A stretch of DNA of 64,000 nt from an uncultured Chloroflexia bacterium (GTDB taxonomy: Bacteria; Chloroflexota; Limnocylindria; Limnocylindrales; CSP1-4). Position numbers and translations under genes: made by a program. This document shows, one piece after another, positions 10,017 to 19,644 of this stretch. The notes below the pieces were generated by a model that had not been told where the DNA came from, searched no databases, and was given only the letters and a program-made list of their open reading frames with translations. Location: positions 1,376,001-1,440,000 of the forward strand of contig CAWEZH010000002.1 in NCBI GenBank assembly GCA_963813535.1, given 5' to 3'. Each line of letters begins with the position of its first letter. The first letter of the stretch is position 1.

Positions 10017-10999
10017 CCCGACTCGCCGTCCGCCCGCGGGCGGCGCTCACCGGGGACTCGCCACCCGTGCGCGAGCGCCGGGAGCCGGTCGCGCCAGGCT
10101 CGGCCGGCATGCTCGGCGACCAGAACGGCACCCTCACGGATGCCCGCCTCCGAGACGCGCACCCGATCGACGCCGTAGTGCCGCATCAGCGCCTCGACGA
10201 TGACTGCACCGGCGGCCAGCATCGGACCCCGCTTCGGGTTGATGAAGAACCGCTCCGTCAACGCCGCGGCCGGCATGGACATCAGCATGTCGAGGACGCC
10301 CGAGACGGTCTGCCGGGTGAGTTCCTGCATCTCGATGCCACCGGGCGTGACCTTGAGGAGGTTGGACGCGGTGCCACCGACGGCGACGAGATCGACCGGG
10401 GATGCCGGGAGGGCGCCGCCCATGATGTCGCCGGCACTGACGCGCATCGCGTCGACCGCCTCGGGCGTCGGTGGATCCGACGTCACGAAGCGGTTCGACA
10501 ACCGCCCGGAGCCGAGCCGAAGACCCGCCGCCCGCGGCGCTCCTTCGCGGGTCACGACGCAGAACTCCGAACTGCCACCGCCGATGTCGACGACGAGCGT
10601 TTCGTGCTCGACGGGCCAGCCACCGGTGACGCCGACGACCGTCAGGTAGGCCTCCTCTTCGTGCGACAGGACATGAAGCGGCACGGCGGTGCGCCCCTCC
10701 ACGTCACCGACGATGCGTCCCGCATCGGCCGCGCGCCGGAGCGGCTCGGTCCCGAGGAACGTGACATGCGCTGCGCCGAGCGTTCGAGCGCGATCCGCAT
10801 ACCGCGCAAGGGCGGTCGTCAGCTCGTCGCGGGCGGGTCGACCAAGGTGGGCACGAGCGTCGACCGCGGCACCAAGCCCGAGGAAGACCGACTCGTCGGC
10901 GAGCGGTCGGAGGCGGTGACCGTCGATCGCGGCGACGAGGAGATGGACCGAATTGGACCCGAGGTCGACGGCCGCTCCGACCGACGGCCCGTCGGTCAC
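10013..10999 (-). CDS. ppx: Ppx/GppA family exopolyphosphatase (short form)
   Basis: Motifs AVDLGSNSVHL, LSHEEEA, VDIGGGSSE, GGTASNL and GIREG. Confidence 0.9.
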   Translation of the reverse strand: MTDGPSVGAAVDLGSNSVHLLVAAIDGHRLRPLADESVFLGLGAAVDARAHLGRPARDELTTALARYADRARTLGAAHVTFLGTEPLRRAADAGRIVGDVEGRTAVPLHVLSHEEEAYLTVVGVTGGWPVEHETLVVDIGGGSSEFCVVTREGAPRAAGLRLGSGRLSNRFVTSDPPTPEAVDAMRVSAGDIMGGALPASPVDLVAVGGTASNLLKVTPGGIEMQELTRQTVSGVLDMLMSMPAAALTERFFINPKRGPMLAAGAVIVEALMRHYGVDRVRVSEAGIREGAVLVAEHAGRAWRDRLPALAHGWRVPGERRPRADGESG

Positions 11000-11658
11000 G
11001 GGCTCGGCGCGGACTTTCGTGGCGTCGGCTTGCGCGGAGTCGGCGTCGCCTTGGCGGCGGGAGGCGACGCCGCCTTGCGTGCGACTGCCACGGGAGCCGA
11101 TCCGTCGGTCGCCGCCGCCAGCGTGGCCGGCGTCGTCGAGGTGGACGGCTTCGCGGAGGTGGCCGGCTTCCGACGTCTGGTCGGACTTGTCGGCTTCCGG
11201 CGCGAGGTCGGCTTCGAGGTCCTCCGAGCGGATGTCCGGCCCGTGCGAGGCTTTGGCGGCGGCGTCGCGCGAACCGGCGTCCCGGTCGAGGCCGGCTTGG
11301 CCGGTGGCGTGGCGGCCGCCTTGGATCCCCCCGACGCGGCGCTGCTCGCCTTGTCGCGGATCCGCCCGATGATGGCGGCCATCTCGACCGCGGCCGCGGC
11401 GGCCTGGCGCTCGCGCTTGTCCAGCTTCAACTGCGCCTTGTGCGCCTGGCGAAGGCGCTTCGCCTCGGTCAAGCGAGCGCCATCCAGCTCCTTGGCGAGC
11501 TTGCGGATCTTGCGTTGCGCCTTCTTCGGCACGCGTGCCGCCGACGACCGCGATGCCGTGACGACATCCTCGGCCGCCGCGAGGAGATCAGACGGCACGG
11601 CCGATGACGGCCCCGTCCCATTCGTCGCTGCGTCCATGCCCTTGCGTTTATCGACCAT
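10996..11658 (-). CDS. Basic Lys/Arg/Pro/Ala/Thr-rich protein with coiled-coil N-terminus (histone H1/AlgP-like)
   Basis: GGAGG RBS before ATG 11658, and the stop overlaps the ppx GTG start. A helical basic N-terminal half is followed by repeated KPxS/T low-complexity units. Confidence 0.65.
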   Translation of the reverse strand: MVDKRKGMDAATNGTGPSSAVPSDLLAAAEDVVTASRSSAARVPKKAQRKIRKLAKELDGARLTEAKRLRQAHKAQLKLDKRERQAAAAAVEMAAIIGRIRDKASSAASGGSKAAATPPAKPASTGTPVRATPPPKPRTGRTSARRTSKPTSRRKPTSPTRRRKPATSAKPSTSTTPATLAAATDGSAPVAVARKAASPPAAKATPTPRKPTPRKSAPSP

Positions 11659-11770
11659 CCCAGCCCTCCCGGTACGAGCTCTTCCGTTGGATAGCGGCTC
11701 GGAACGGTACCACCCGAAGATCAACGCGGCGGCCCGCGAACGGACTCGGGCAGCCGAATGCGAACAGGAC

Positions 11771-11798
11771 GTTAACGACCCGTCGACGGGTCGTTATC
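11771..11798 (+). promoter_or_regulatory. Putative Pho box (11-bp direct repeats) containing a 24-bp perfect palindrome
   Basis: GTTAAC (11771), GTCGAC (11782), GTTATC (11793). TAACGACCCGTCGACGGGTCGTTA at 11773-11796 is self-complementary. Lies between divergent genes. Confidence 0.55.
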
Positions 11799-11820
11799 CG
11801 CGAGGGGTCAACGTCGCGTC

Positions 11821-12513
11821 ATGGCCGCGCCATCCTTCCCCACCTGGCTCGCCCTGGCAGATGGCGGCCCGGTCGCCGATCTGGCGGCGATCGTCGGCCC
11901 GCGAACGATCGAATCGACGACAGATCCCGCCGTGTTCGCGCAACTCTTGCGATCTGCTCGGCCACGGATCGCGATCGTCGAAACGCCGCCAGGTGGACCG
12001 AACGACCTCGATCTTGCGCTCGAGGAGCGACGCCGCCGCCCCGGTCTACGGGTCGTCGCGATCAGCCCACCAGGCGCCATCGCAGAGCGGTTGGAAGCCC
12101 TCCGGGCCGGCGCTGATGAAGCACACGCAGACACGATCGATGCGACCGAACTCGGCGCTCGCCTGGCACTGCTCGACGAGCGTTCGCGCTCGCGACCAGC
12201 ATCGCTGCTGATGGTCGCCGACGACACGCACCTCGACCTCGCGGCGCACGAGGTCCGCCGAGCCGGAATGCTCGTCCACCTGCGGCCGAAGGAGTTCCAG
12301 CTGCTGACCGTCCTGGCCTCGCACCCCGGGCGCGCCTACAGCCGACGACAGCTGCTCGATCGGGTGTGGGGACCGGCCCATCACGGGGATCCGCGCACCG
12401 TCGACGTCCATGTGCGCTGGCTGCGCAGCAAGATCGAGCCTCGTCCGGAGGCGCCCGTGCACCTCGTCACGGTCCGTGGCGTCGGCTACCGCCTCGATCC
12501 CGACGGTCGTTGA
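11821..12513 (+). CDS. Atypical OmpR/PhoB-family response regulator with degenerate receiver
   Basis: Winged-helix domain LRPKEFQLL..SRRQLLDRVWG..RTVDVHVRWLRSKIE..TVRGVGYR. The receiver lacks the acidic pair, the phospho-Asp (AIVET) and the conserved Lys. Confidence 0.85.
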   Translation: MAAPSFPTWLALADGGPVADLAAIVGPRTIESTTDPAVFAQLLRSARPRIAIVETPPGGPNDLDLALEERRRRPGLRVVAISPPGAIAERLEALRAGADEAHADTIDATELGARLALLDERSRSRPASLLMVADDTHLDLAAHEVRRAGMLVHLRPKEFQLLTVLASHPGRAYSRRQLLDRVWGPAHHGDPRTVDVHVRWLRSKIEPRPEAPVHLVTVRGVGYRLDPDGR

Positions 12514-12580
12514 TCCCGTGCGCGGGGGCTCGACATGCCGTCGGTCGTACCCCTCGCGGCGATCGGGGCTGGGCGCGCAC

Positions 12581-12619
12581 GTTAACCGTCCCTTAACCCA
12601 TCGAAAAGCAGCCGTTGAC
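12581..12619 (+). promoter_or_regulatory. Putative Pho box upstream of pstS
   Basis: GTTAAC (12581), CTTAAC (12592) and GTTGAC (12614), all in 11-bp phase. Confidence 0.7.
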
Positions 12620-12711
12620 GGCGTCTTCCGAAGGTCGGGGTGTCACACAGGGAAGACAGATCCGAGACCGGCCGCCTCCCTGCCGGCCGACCAAGGAGGA
12701 ATCATCGGGTG

Positions 12712-13728
12712 ATGATCACGACCACGAAGCGCATCGGCGCCCTGGCCCTCATGGCCGCGTTCGCCCTGGGCGCCTGTTCGAGCGGTAGCGGCGGGTCGGC
12801 AGCGCCGAGCGCCGCCGCCCCCAGCGAAGGAGCTCCGAGCATCGCGCCCGAGAGCTCGGCACCGGCCGTCTCGGGAACGGTCACTATCGACGGCTCCAGC
12901 ACGGTCTATCCCATCACGGAGGCCGTCGCCGAGGAGTTCCAGCTCGCGAACAGCGGCGTGCAGGTCCCGACCGCATTCTCCGGCACCGGCGGTGGCTTCA
13001 AGAAGTTCTGCGCAGGCGAGACCGATATCAACGACGCCTCACGACCCATCAAGGCGGACGACGAGGGTGAGGGCAAGGCCTGCACGGCCAACGGCATCGA
13101 GTTCGTCGAGCTGCAGGTCGCGATCGACGGCCTGACCGTCGCCGTGAACCCGGCCAACACGTTCGCAAGCTGCCTGACGGTCGAAGAGCTCGCCAAGATC
13201 TACGGACCGGACTCGCCCGAGAACCTGACGTGGAAGGACGTCCGCGCCGAGTTCCCGGCTGAGGCCGTCAACCGGTTCATGCCGGGCGCCGACTCGGGCA
13301 CCTTCGACTACTTCACCGAGGAGATCAACGGCGAGGTCGACGCGGCCACGCAGTTCGCCACCCAGTCCGAGGACGACAACGTCCTGGTGACCGGTGTGAG
13401 CGGCGACCCGAACGCGATCGCCTTCTTCGGCTACGCGTACTTCGTCGAGAACCAGGACAAGCTCAAGGCCCTCGAGGTCGATGGCGGCAGCGGCTGCGTC
13501 GGTCCGACCGAGGCGACCATCAACGACGGCAGCTATGCCCCGCTCAGCCGCCCGCTGTTCATCTATCCCGACATCGGCAAGGCCAAGGAGCGTCCCGAGC
13601 TGAAGGCCTTCGTGGACTTCTACCTCGCTAATGCCGAGATGTTGGCAGCCGAAGTCGGCTACATCCCGGTCCCGGCGGACGTCAAGACCGCCGAGACCAC
13701 GGAGTGGACCACCGCCGTCGGCGGCTGA
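12712..13728 (+). CDS. pstS: Phosphate ABC transporter substrate-binding lipoprotein
   Basis: Lipobox ALGAC, motifs [28 protein letters not shown] and [22 protein letters not shown]; alternative GTG start at 12709. Confidence 0.96.
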   Translation: MITTTKRIGALALMAAFALGACSSGSGGSAAPSAAAPSEGAPSIAPESSAPAVSGTVTIDGSSTVYPITEAVAEEFQLANSGVQVPTAFSGTGGGFKKFCAGETDINDASRPIKADDEGEGKACTANGIEFVELQVAIDGLTVAVNPANTFASCLTVEELAKIYGPDSPENLTWKDVRAEFPAEAVNRFMPGADSGTFDYFTEEINGEVDAATQFATQSEDDNVLVTGVSGDPNAIAFFGYAYFVENQDKLKALEVDGGSGCVGPTEATINDGSYAPLSRPLFIYPDIGKAKERPELKAFVDFYLANAEMLAAEVGYIPVPADVKTAETTEWTTAVGG

Positions 13729-13750
13729 TCACGAACGCTCCTCCTCCCCC

Positions 13751-13783
13751 GGATGCCGGCCCTGCTCGGATGGGCCGGCATCC
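13751..13783 (+). terminator. Intercistronic stem-loop after pstS
   Basis: GGATGCCGGCCC-N9-GGGCCGGCATCC, a 12-bp perfect stem with no U tract. Could attenuate transcription or stabilise the mRNA. Confidence 0.55.
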
Positions 13784-13853
13784 GTGCCTCTCGCATCCTG
13801 CGGCGACGGTGCCGTAGGCTATTGAACCGCCGACTCGAGGAGCCCCTCATCGC

Positions 13854-14765
13854 ATGACCGGTCAGGCAGTCCCGATGGTGCTGACGCGTCAGCGGACGCG
13901 CAGCGAACGCGTGATCGAGCCGCTGCTGTTCCTGGCGGCCGCCCTCAGCGTCCTCACGACGATCGGCATCATCCTGGTGCTGGCATACGAGACGATCGAG
14001 TTCTTCCTCGAGGTCAGCCCGATCGAGTTCTTCACCGGGACCCATTGGTCGGCCTCGATCAAGCCGCAGGCCTGGGGCGTCCTGGCCCTCGTGTCGGGGA
14101 CCCTCCTCGTCGCCGGCATCGCGATGCTGGTTGCCGTGCCGCTCGGCCTCCTGGCGGCCGTCCTCCTCGCCGAATACGCGTCGAACCGGATCCGCAACAT
14201 CGTCAAGCCGATGCTCGAGACCATCGCCGGCATCCCGACGATCGTCCTCGGGTTCTTCGCCATCAACTTCCTGGCGCCGCGGATCCTGCAACCACTCTTC
14301 GGTGTGGGGATCTTCTCGGCCCTGTCGGCAGGCCTCGTGGTGGGGCTCCTGATCACGCCACTGATCGCGTCCATCTCCGAGGACGCGATGCGCGCCGTTC
14401 CTCGCGGCATGCGCGAGGGTGCCTACGCGATGGGCGCCACCCGGTTCGAGACGATCCGCAAGGTCGTGTTCCCCGCCGCGCTGTCGGGGATCATGGCGGC
14501 CATCATCCTGGCCCTGAGCCGCGCCATCGGCGAGACGATGGCCGTGCTCATCGCCGGCGGCACGAAGCCGCAATTCACGTTGGATCCGCGCGAGAGCGTG
14601 CAGACGATGACCGGCTTCATCGCCCAGATCAGCATCGGCGAGACCGCCCAGGGCTCGATCGAGTTCAAGTCCCTCTTCGCCGTCGGCGCGACCCTGTTCG
14701 CCATCACCCTGGTCCTGAACCTGCTCAGCGCCTGGTTCGTGCGTCGATTCCGGACGGTGTACTGA
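13854..14765 (+). CDS. pstC: Phosphate ABC transporter permease PstC
   Basis: Motifs LETIAGIPTIVLG, SEDAMRAVP..REGAYAMGAT and SRAIGETMAV. Confidence 0.96.
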   Translation: MTGQAVPMVLTRQRTRSERVIEPLLFLAAALSVLTTIGIILVLAYETIEFFLEVSPIEFFTGTHWSASIKPQAWGVLALVSGTLLVAGIAMLVAVPLGLLAAVLLAEYASNRIRNIVKPMLETIAGIPTIVLGFFAINFLAPRILQPLFGVGIFSALSAGLVVGLLITPLIASISEDAMRAVPRGMREGAYAMGATRFETIRKVVFPAALSGIMAAIILALSRAIGETMAVLIAGGTKPQFTLDPRESVQTMTGFIAQISIGETAQGSIEFKSLFAVGATLFAITLVLNLLSAWFVRRFRTVY

Positions 14766-14766
14766 G

Positions 14767-15663
14767 ATGACCGCAGCGACCGCTCCCGTCGCCCGTCCGC
14801 GGTTCGAGCCGGCGCTCCAACGCCGGCGGGTCACGGGCACGATCTTCTACGGAGCGTGCATCGCTGCCATCGGCATCCTGCTGCTCGCCCTGCTGATGCT
14901 GCTGTACGACATCCTGGTCCGGGGATTGCCGTGGCTCGATATCGATTTCCTGACGGGCGTGCCGTCGAGACGGCCGGAGCGGGCCGGCATCCTGCCGGCC
15001 ATCGTGGGGTCGATCGAGATCGCCCTTATCGTCGCCATCACGGCCTTCCCGGTCGGCGTCTCGGCCGCCATCTACCTTGCCGAGTACGCCAAACCCGGAG
15101 TGCTGAGCCGCATCCTCGAGACGAACATCAGCAACCTCGCCGGCGTCCCATCGATCATCTACGGCATCCTCGGGCTGGCCGTGTTCGTCCGGATCCTGGG
15201 CATGGGTCCCACGATCCTGGCCGGCGGCCTGACGCTCTCCCTGCTGATCCTGCCGGTCGTCATCATCGCGTCGATCGAAGCGATCAAGGCCGTGCCGCAG
15301 GCCCAGCGTGAAGGGGCGTATGCCCTCGGCGCGACGCGCTGGCAGATGGTCCGCGGCGCGGTCCTGCCGGCTGCGGCGCCGGGCATCATGACCGGCATCA
15401 TCCTCGCCATGGCGCGCGCGATCGGTGAGGCCGCTCCATTGCTGCTGATCGGCGCGTTCACGTTCGTGACGTTCCTGCCGAACCCCATCGCGGGCGGGTA
15501 CACGGTCCTGCCGCTCCAGGTGTTCGGCTGGATCAGCCGTCCGCAGGCCGACTTCCAGGGCATCGCCGCGGCGACGATCATCGTGATCCTCGCGCTGATG
15601 CTGATCCTGAACTTGCTCGCGCTCGTCATCCGGGCGCGCCTCTCGAGACTCATCCAGTGGTAG
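14767..15663 (+). CDS. pstA: Phosphate ABC transporter permease PstA
   Basis: Motifs [27 protein letters not shown] and [10 protein letters not shown]. Confidence 0.96.
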   Translation: MTAATAPVARPRFEPALQRRRVTGTIFYGACIAAIGILLLALLMLLYDILVRGLPWLDIDFLTGVPSRRPERAGILPAIVGSIEIALIVAITAFPVGVSAAIYLAEYAKPGVLSRILETNISNLAGVPSIIYGILGLAVFVRILGMGPTILAGGLTLSLLILPVVIIASIEAIKAVPQAQREGAYALGATRWQMVRGAVLPAAAPGIMTGIILAMARAIGEAAPLLLIGAFTFVTFLPNPIAGGYTVLPLQVFGWISRPQADFQGIAAATIIVILALMLILNLLALVIRARLSRLIQW

Positions 15664-15674
15664 AGGACGACCCT

Positions 15675-16562
15675 GTGCAAGCATCACCAGACGCCCCCGT
15701 GCTGGACCAGCCGACCGACGGCGTCGCCCAGACCGGCCCATCGATCCGGATCGCCACGGCACCCCGTGCGGACGCGGCACCGGCCGCGGAGACGGCGGAC
15801 GATACCGTCATCCACCTCCAGGACCTCTCCTGCTACTACGGCGAGTTCCGGGCGGTCCGCAACGTCGAGGTCGCGATCCAGAAGCAGCGCATCACGGCCC
15901 TCATCGGGCCGTCAGGCTGCGGCAAGTCGACCGTGCTCCGAACGATCAACCGCATGAACGACCTCGTGCCGACATTCCGCATCGAGGGGAAGATCCTGCT
16001 CGACGGGCAGGATCTCTACGGCCGTGGCGTCGACCCTGTCGCCGTCCGACGCCGGGTCGGGATGGTGTTCCAGAAGCCGAACCCGTTCCCCAAGACGATC
16101 TGGGAGAACGTCGCGTTCGGCGCACGCGTCAACGGCTACAAGGGCGATCTGAACGAGCTTGTCGAACGCAGCCTCAGGCGCGCCGCCCTATGGGACGACG
16201 TCAAGGACAAGCTCAAGCAATCGGGCATGGCGCTCTCGGGCGGCCAACAGCAGCGACTTTGTATCGCCCGCACCATCGCCATCGAGCCCGAAGTCATCCT
16301 GATGGACGAACCATGTTCGGCACTCGACCCGAGGAGCACCCTCCAGATCGAGGACCTCATGGCCGAGCTCAAGGAGGATTACACGATCGTCATCGTCACC
16401 CACAACATGCAGCAGGCGGCTCGCGCCTCGGACACGACGGTGTTCCTGACGATGGGTGACGATCGAGCCGGCTTCGTCGTGGAGCAAGCGCCGACGGTCG
16501 AGATCTTCACCAACCCGAAGAACCAGCTGACCGAGGACTACGTGTCCGGCCGGTTCGGATGA
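15675..16562 (+). CDS. pstB: Phosphate ABC transporter ATPase PstB
   Basis: Motifs [40 protein letters not shown] and YVSGRFG. GAGGA RBS before GTG 15675; alternative start 15657. Confidence 0.97.
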   Translation: MQASPDAPVLDQPTDGVAQTGPSIRIATAPRADAAPAAETADDTVIHLQDLSCYYGEFRAVRNVEVAIQKQRITALIGPSGCGKSTVLRTINRMNDLVPTFRIEGKILLDGQDLYGRGVDPVAVRRRVGMVFQKPNPFPKTIWENVAFGARVNGYKGDLNELVERSLRRAALWDDVKDKLKQSGMALSGGQQQRLCIARTIAIEPEVILMDEPCSALDPRSTLQIEDLMAELKEDYTIVIVTHNMQQAARASDTTVFLTMGDDRAGFVVEQAPTVEIFTNPKNQLTEDYVSGRFG

Positions 16563-16578
16563 TGTCCGGGGGCGAAAC

Positions 16579-17334
16579 ATGACCGAGCGAACAGACGCCA
16601 CGAACGCACCGACCGTCGATCAACAGGTGGACCAGCTGCTTGCCGACAACGAGTCCGAGGCGTCGAGCGAGGGACCAGCCCGTCGAGACCCACTCGACAT
16701 CCAGGAGCAGGAGATCAAGGACGCCGTCCTGCGGATGGGTGCGCTCGTCGAGGAGGCGATCCGCGAAGCATCGCGATCGCTGGTCACGCATGATGCCGAA
16801 CTGGCTCGAGACGTGATCAAGGCGGACACCCGTATCAACGACGCACAGCGCGAGGTCTCGCGGCAGATCAGTGTCGCGATCGCGACCCAGCAGCCGGTTG
16901 CTCGAGACCTGCGGTACCTGCTGACCCTCGACCACGTGACCTACGAGCTCGAGCGGATCGGCGATCACGCCTCGTCACTCGCCAAGCAGGTCGTGAAGCT
17001 CGCGCCTCAGCCACCGCTGGCGGACTACGTTCGGCTCCCCGAGATGGCCGAGCGGGCAGCCGTCCTCGTCCATGGGGTCCTCCGCGCGCTCGTCGATGCG
17101 GACGCCGTCGCGGCCCGCGAAGTGGCCGTCATGGACGACGAGATCGATCGGCTGTACCACGCGACCTTCGATGAGGTCGTGGAGTTGATGCGGGCCGACC
17201 CGGCCAACGTCGAGCGTGGCACGCGCATCGTCATCGCATCGCATTACATCGAGCGGATCGGCGACCGCTCGACGAATATCGCCGAGGACATCGTGTACCT
17301 GGTGACCGGCGACGTCGAGGACCTCAACCCATGA
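16579..17334 (+). CDS. phoU: Phosphate signalling complex protein PhoU
   Basis: Motifs QQPVARDLR, ELERIGDHA, DDEIDRLY and IERIGDRSTNIAE. Confidence 0.96.
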   Translation: MTERTDATNAPTVDQQVDQLLADNESEASSEGPARRDPLDIQEQEIKDAVLRMGALVEEAIREASRSLVTHDAELARDVIKADTRINDAQREVSRQISVAIATQQPVARDLRYLLTLDHVTYELERIGDHASSLAKQVVKLAPQPPLADYVRLPEMAERAAVLVHGVLRALVDADAVAAREVAVMDDEIDRLYHATFDEVVELMRADPANVERGTRIVIASHYIERIGDRSTNIAEDIVYLVTGDVEDLNP

Positions 17335-17350
17335 GCGAGGTGGCAGCCCG

Positions 17351-17794
17351 TTGACTCGGCCGATCCGGGTCCTGTTCGTCTGCACCGGCAACTCGGCACG
17401 CAGCATCATGGCCGAGGCGCTTCTGCGACGGCACGGCGATCGCTTCGAGGTGCACAGCGCGGGCACGGAGCCCCGCGGCGTGAACCCGCTGACGTTGCGC
17501 GTCCTCGCCGACGCCGGCATCGACGCGTCATGGGCACGCTCGAAATCCGTGGCCGAGTTTCGTGACCATACGTTCGACTATGTCGTGACCGTCTGCGACC
17601 AGGCCCGTCAGGTGTGCCCGGTGTTCCCGGGCGTGCACGAAACGCTGCACTGGGGGTACGAGGATCCCGCGGATGCGACCGGCACCGAGGAGGAACGGCT
17701 TGTCGTGTTCCGACGCGTGTTCGTGGCGCTCGGCGAGCGTGTCCAGCAGTTCGCGACCGTGATCTCGCGCGCGGCGAGCGTTCAGCCCGCCTGA
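17351..17794 (+). CDS. arsC: Arsenate reductase (LMW-PTP fold, thioredoxin type)
   Basis: P-loop CTGNSARS plus VTVCDQARQVCP (redox Cys pair) and WGYEDP. Confidence 0.85.
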   Translation: MTRPIRVLFVCTGNSARSIMAEALLRRHGDRFEVHSAGTEPRGVNPLTLRVLADAGIDASWARSKSVAEFRDHTFDYVVTVCDQARQVCPVFPGVHETLHWGYEDPADATGTEEERLVVFRRVFVALGERVQQFATVISRAASVQPA

Positions 17795-18270
17795 TGCTCC
17801 TCCACCTGCTCCGTCATGCCGACGCCGGCGATCCGGAGGCGTGGGAGGGTCCGGACGCAGCCCGCCCGATCAGCGATAAGGGGCGCAAGCAGTCGAAGCG
17901 GCTCGGGGAGCACCTCGCGCGCATCGGTTGGCAGGCCGATGTGTTCATCACATCGCCGAAGCTCCGTGCCGCCGAGACCGCCGAGCTCGTCGCTGCGCAC
18001 GTGAAGGCGAAGGTGTCCGTGGATGCCCGATTGGCCGGGCCGTTCGAGATCGACGACCTCGAGGCCATGCTCAGGGATGCGGGCGACCCGGAGCGAGCGG
18101 TCTTCGTCGGCCATGATCCCGACTTCAGCGACGCCCTCTCCGGCATGTGTGGGTCGCGGCTGACGATGCGAAAGGGTGCGTTGGCGCGGGTCGAGATCGA
18201 GCGACCGCTGCGGTCCGGTGCCGGTGAGCTGCGCTGGCTGATCCCGCCGGACGCCCTCAAGGAGCGCTGA
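17794..18270 (+). CDS. sixA: SixA-like phosphohistidine phosphatase
   Basis: Motifs LLRHADA, TSPKLRAAETA, VGHDP and KGA. ATG overlaps the arsC stop. Confidence 0.85.
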   Translation: MLLHLLRHADAGDPEAWEGPDAARPISDKGRKQSKRLGEHLARIGWQADVFITSPKLRAAETAELVAAHVKAKVSVDARLAGPFEIDDLEAMLRDAGDPERAVFVGHDPDFSDALSGMCGSRLTMRKGALARVEIERPLRSGAGELRWLIPPDALKER

Positions 18271-18283
18271 CCAGGGGACGCTG

Positions 18284-18655
18284 TCAGGCCGGCAGGGTCT
18301 CGCGCGCTGGGGATAGACGGCCGGATCGCCCTGCGACGAGGTCCGCAGCCGAGATGAGCCCACCGGGGACGAGCTCGCGGGCGATCGAGCCCAGGCGCTC
18401 GGCGACGTCGGGCGCCAGCCGATAGAAGATCCACTGCCCCCGGCGTTCGGAGATCACCGCGCCTGCATCGCGCAGGACCTTGAGGTGGTGCGACACCGTC
18501 GGCTGGCCCACGTCGCAGCACGACGTGAAGTCGCACGCACACGTCTCGCTCTCCGCGGCGAGCTGGCGGACGATCGCGAGCCGGGTCGGATCGGCCAGAG
18601 CGGCGAGGAGTCGGATCTCCGGATCGAGTGGTGTCGTCCGGGCGGTGCGTGCCAT
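18284..18655 (-). CDS. arsR: ArsR/SmtB family transcriptional repressor
   Basis: Motifs ALADPTRL, ETCACDFTSCC, QPTVSHHLKVLRDAG and ERRGQWIFY. Divergent from arsM. Confidence 0.9.
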   Translation of the reverse strand: MARTARTTPLDPEIRLLAALADPTRLAIVRQLAAESETCACDFTSCCDVGQPTVSHHLKVLRDAGAVISERRGQWIFYRLAPDVAERLGSIARELVPGGLISAADLVAGRSGRLSPARETLPA

Positions 18656-18665
18656 AGCCGGCAAT

Positions 18666-18736
18666 ATATCGGTCAGATTCGATATTGACAACTATCGAAA
18701 TATCAGCCATCGTCGCTGTATCGAGCGTCATCGATA
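18666..18736. promoter_or_regulatory. AT-rich divergent arsR/arsM promoter-operator
   Basis: Two TATCG-N8-CGATA palindromes (18667-18684 and 18719-18736), TCGATA-N8-TATCGA (18679-18698), and TTGACA at 18685. Confidence 0.65.
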
Positions 18737-18756
18737 TCCCAGGCAGGAGGAGCGAC

Positions 18757-19638
18757 GTGCCGGAGCAAACCATCGCGTGGGTACCCTCAGAGTCGGTCAC
18801 CGACGACGTCCGCGACCGGTATGCCGCGACCGCGCGGGCGCTCCTGGCGCGGCAGGATGTCCCGGAGGACGTCAGCGGGTGCTGCGGCCCGACCGGCGAG
18901 ACGGCCTGGGGTGAGGCCCTGTACGACGCCACTGATCGGGCCGCACTCCCTGAGGCTGCTGTCCTCGCGAGCCTGGGCTGCGGCAACCCGACGGCCGTCG
19001 CCGAGCTCCGCCCGGGCGAGATCGTCCTCGACCTCGGGTCCGGAGGCGGCATCGACGTGCTGCTGTCGGCGGTCCGCGTCGGACCGACTGGCTTCGCCTA
19101 TGGCCTGGACATGACGGACGAGATGTTGGAGCTCGCACGCAAGAATGCTGGCGAAGCGGGCGCCACGAATGTCGAGTTCCGCAAGGGCCGCATCGAGTCG
19201 ATCCCGCTCGGCGACGCGGCGGTCGACGTCGTGATCAGCAACTGCGTCATCAACCTGTCGGCCGACAAGTCGGCCGTGCTGTCCGAGATCGCCCGTGTCC
19301 TCCGTCCGGGTGGGCGGCTCGGCATCAGCGACGTGGTCGCGGACGACTCGCTCACCCCGGCCGACCGCGCGGAGCGCGGCTCGTTCGTGGGCTGCATCGC
19401 GGGTGCGCTGTCATTCGCCGAGTACCGGGCCGGCCTCGAGGCGGTCGGCCTGTCCGACATTTCCGTGACCGCGACCCATGAGGTCGCGGACGGGCTACAT
19501 GGCGCCATCGTCAAGGCGGCCAAGCCGATCGGCTGGACGCCGGCAGACGTGCGTAGCGTGGACCTGCCACTGCCGTCGGCCAGGTCGCTGCCGGTCACCT
19601 CGGGCGAGGCGTGCTGCGGGAGCGGCTGCTGCTCCTGA
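18757..19638 (+). CDS. arsM: Arsenite S-adenosylmethionine methyltransferase
   Basis: Motifs [26 protein letters not shown] and GCIAGAL, with N-terminal GCC and C-terminal [18 protein letters not shown] before GTG. Confidence 0.92.
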   Translation: MPEQTIAWVPSESVTDDVRDRYAATARALLARQDVPEDVSGCCGPTGETAWGEALYDATDRAALPEAAVLASLGCGNPTAVAELRPGEIVLDLGSGGGIDVLLSAVRVGPTGFAYGLDMTDEMLELARKNAGEAGATNVEFRKGRIESIPLGDAAVDVVISNCVINLSADKSAVLSEIARVLRPGGRLGISDVVADDSLTPADRAERGSFVGCIAGALSFAEYRAGLEAVGLSDISVTATHEVADGLHGAIVKAAKPIGWTPADVRSVDLPLPSARSLPVTSGEACCGSGCCS

Positions 19639-19644
19639 CCCGGA

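Noticed and set aside
9701-12211. 836-aa plus-strand ORF
   Set aside because: It overlaps ppx and the KP-rich gene antisense and the regulator out of frame, and has no recognisable motifs.
18660-18740. AT-rich patch as a mobile-element end or att site
   Set aside because: It is explained by the ArsR operator/promoter palindromes, and there is no integrase or transposase in the window.
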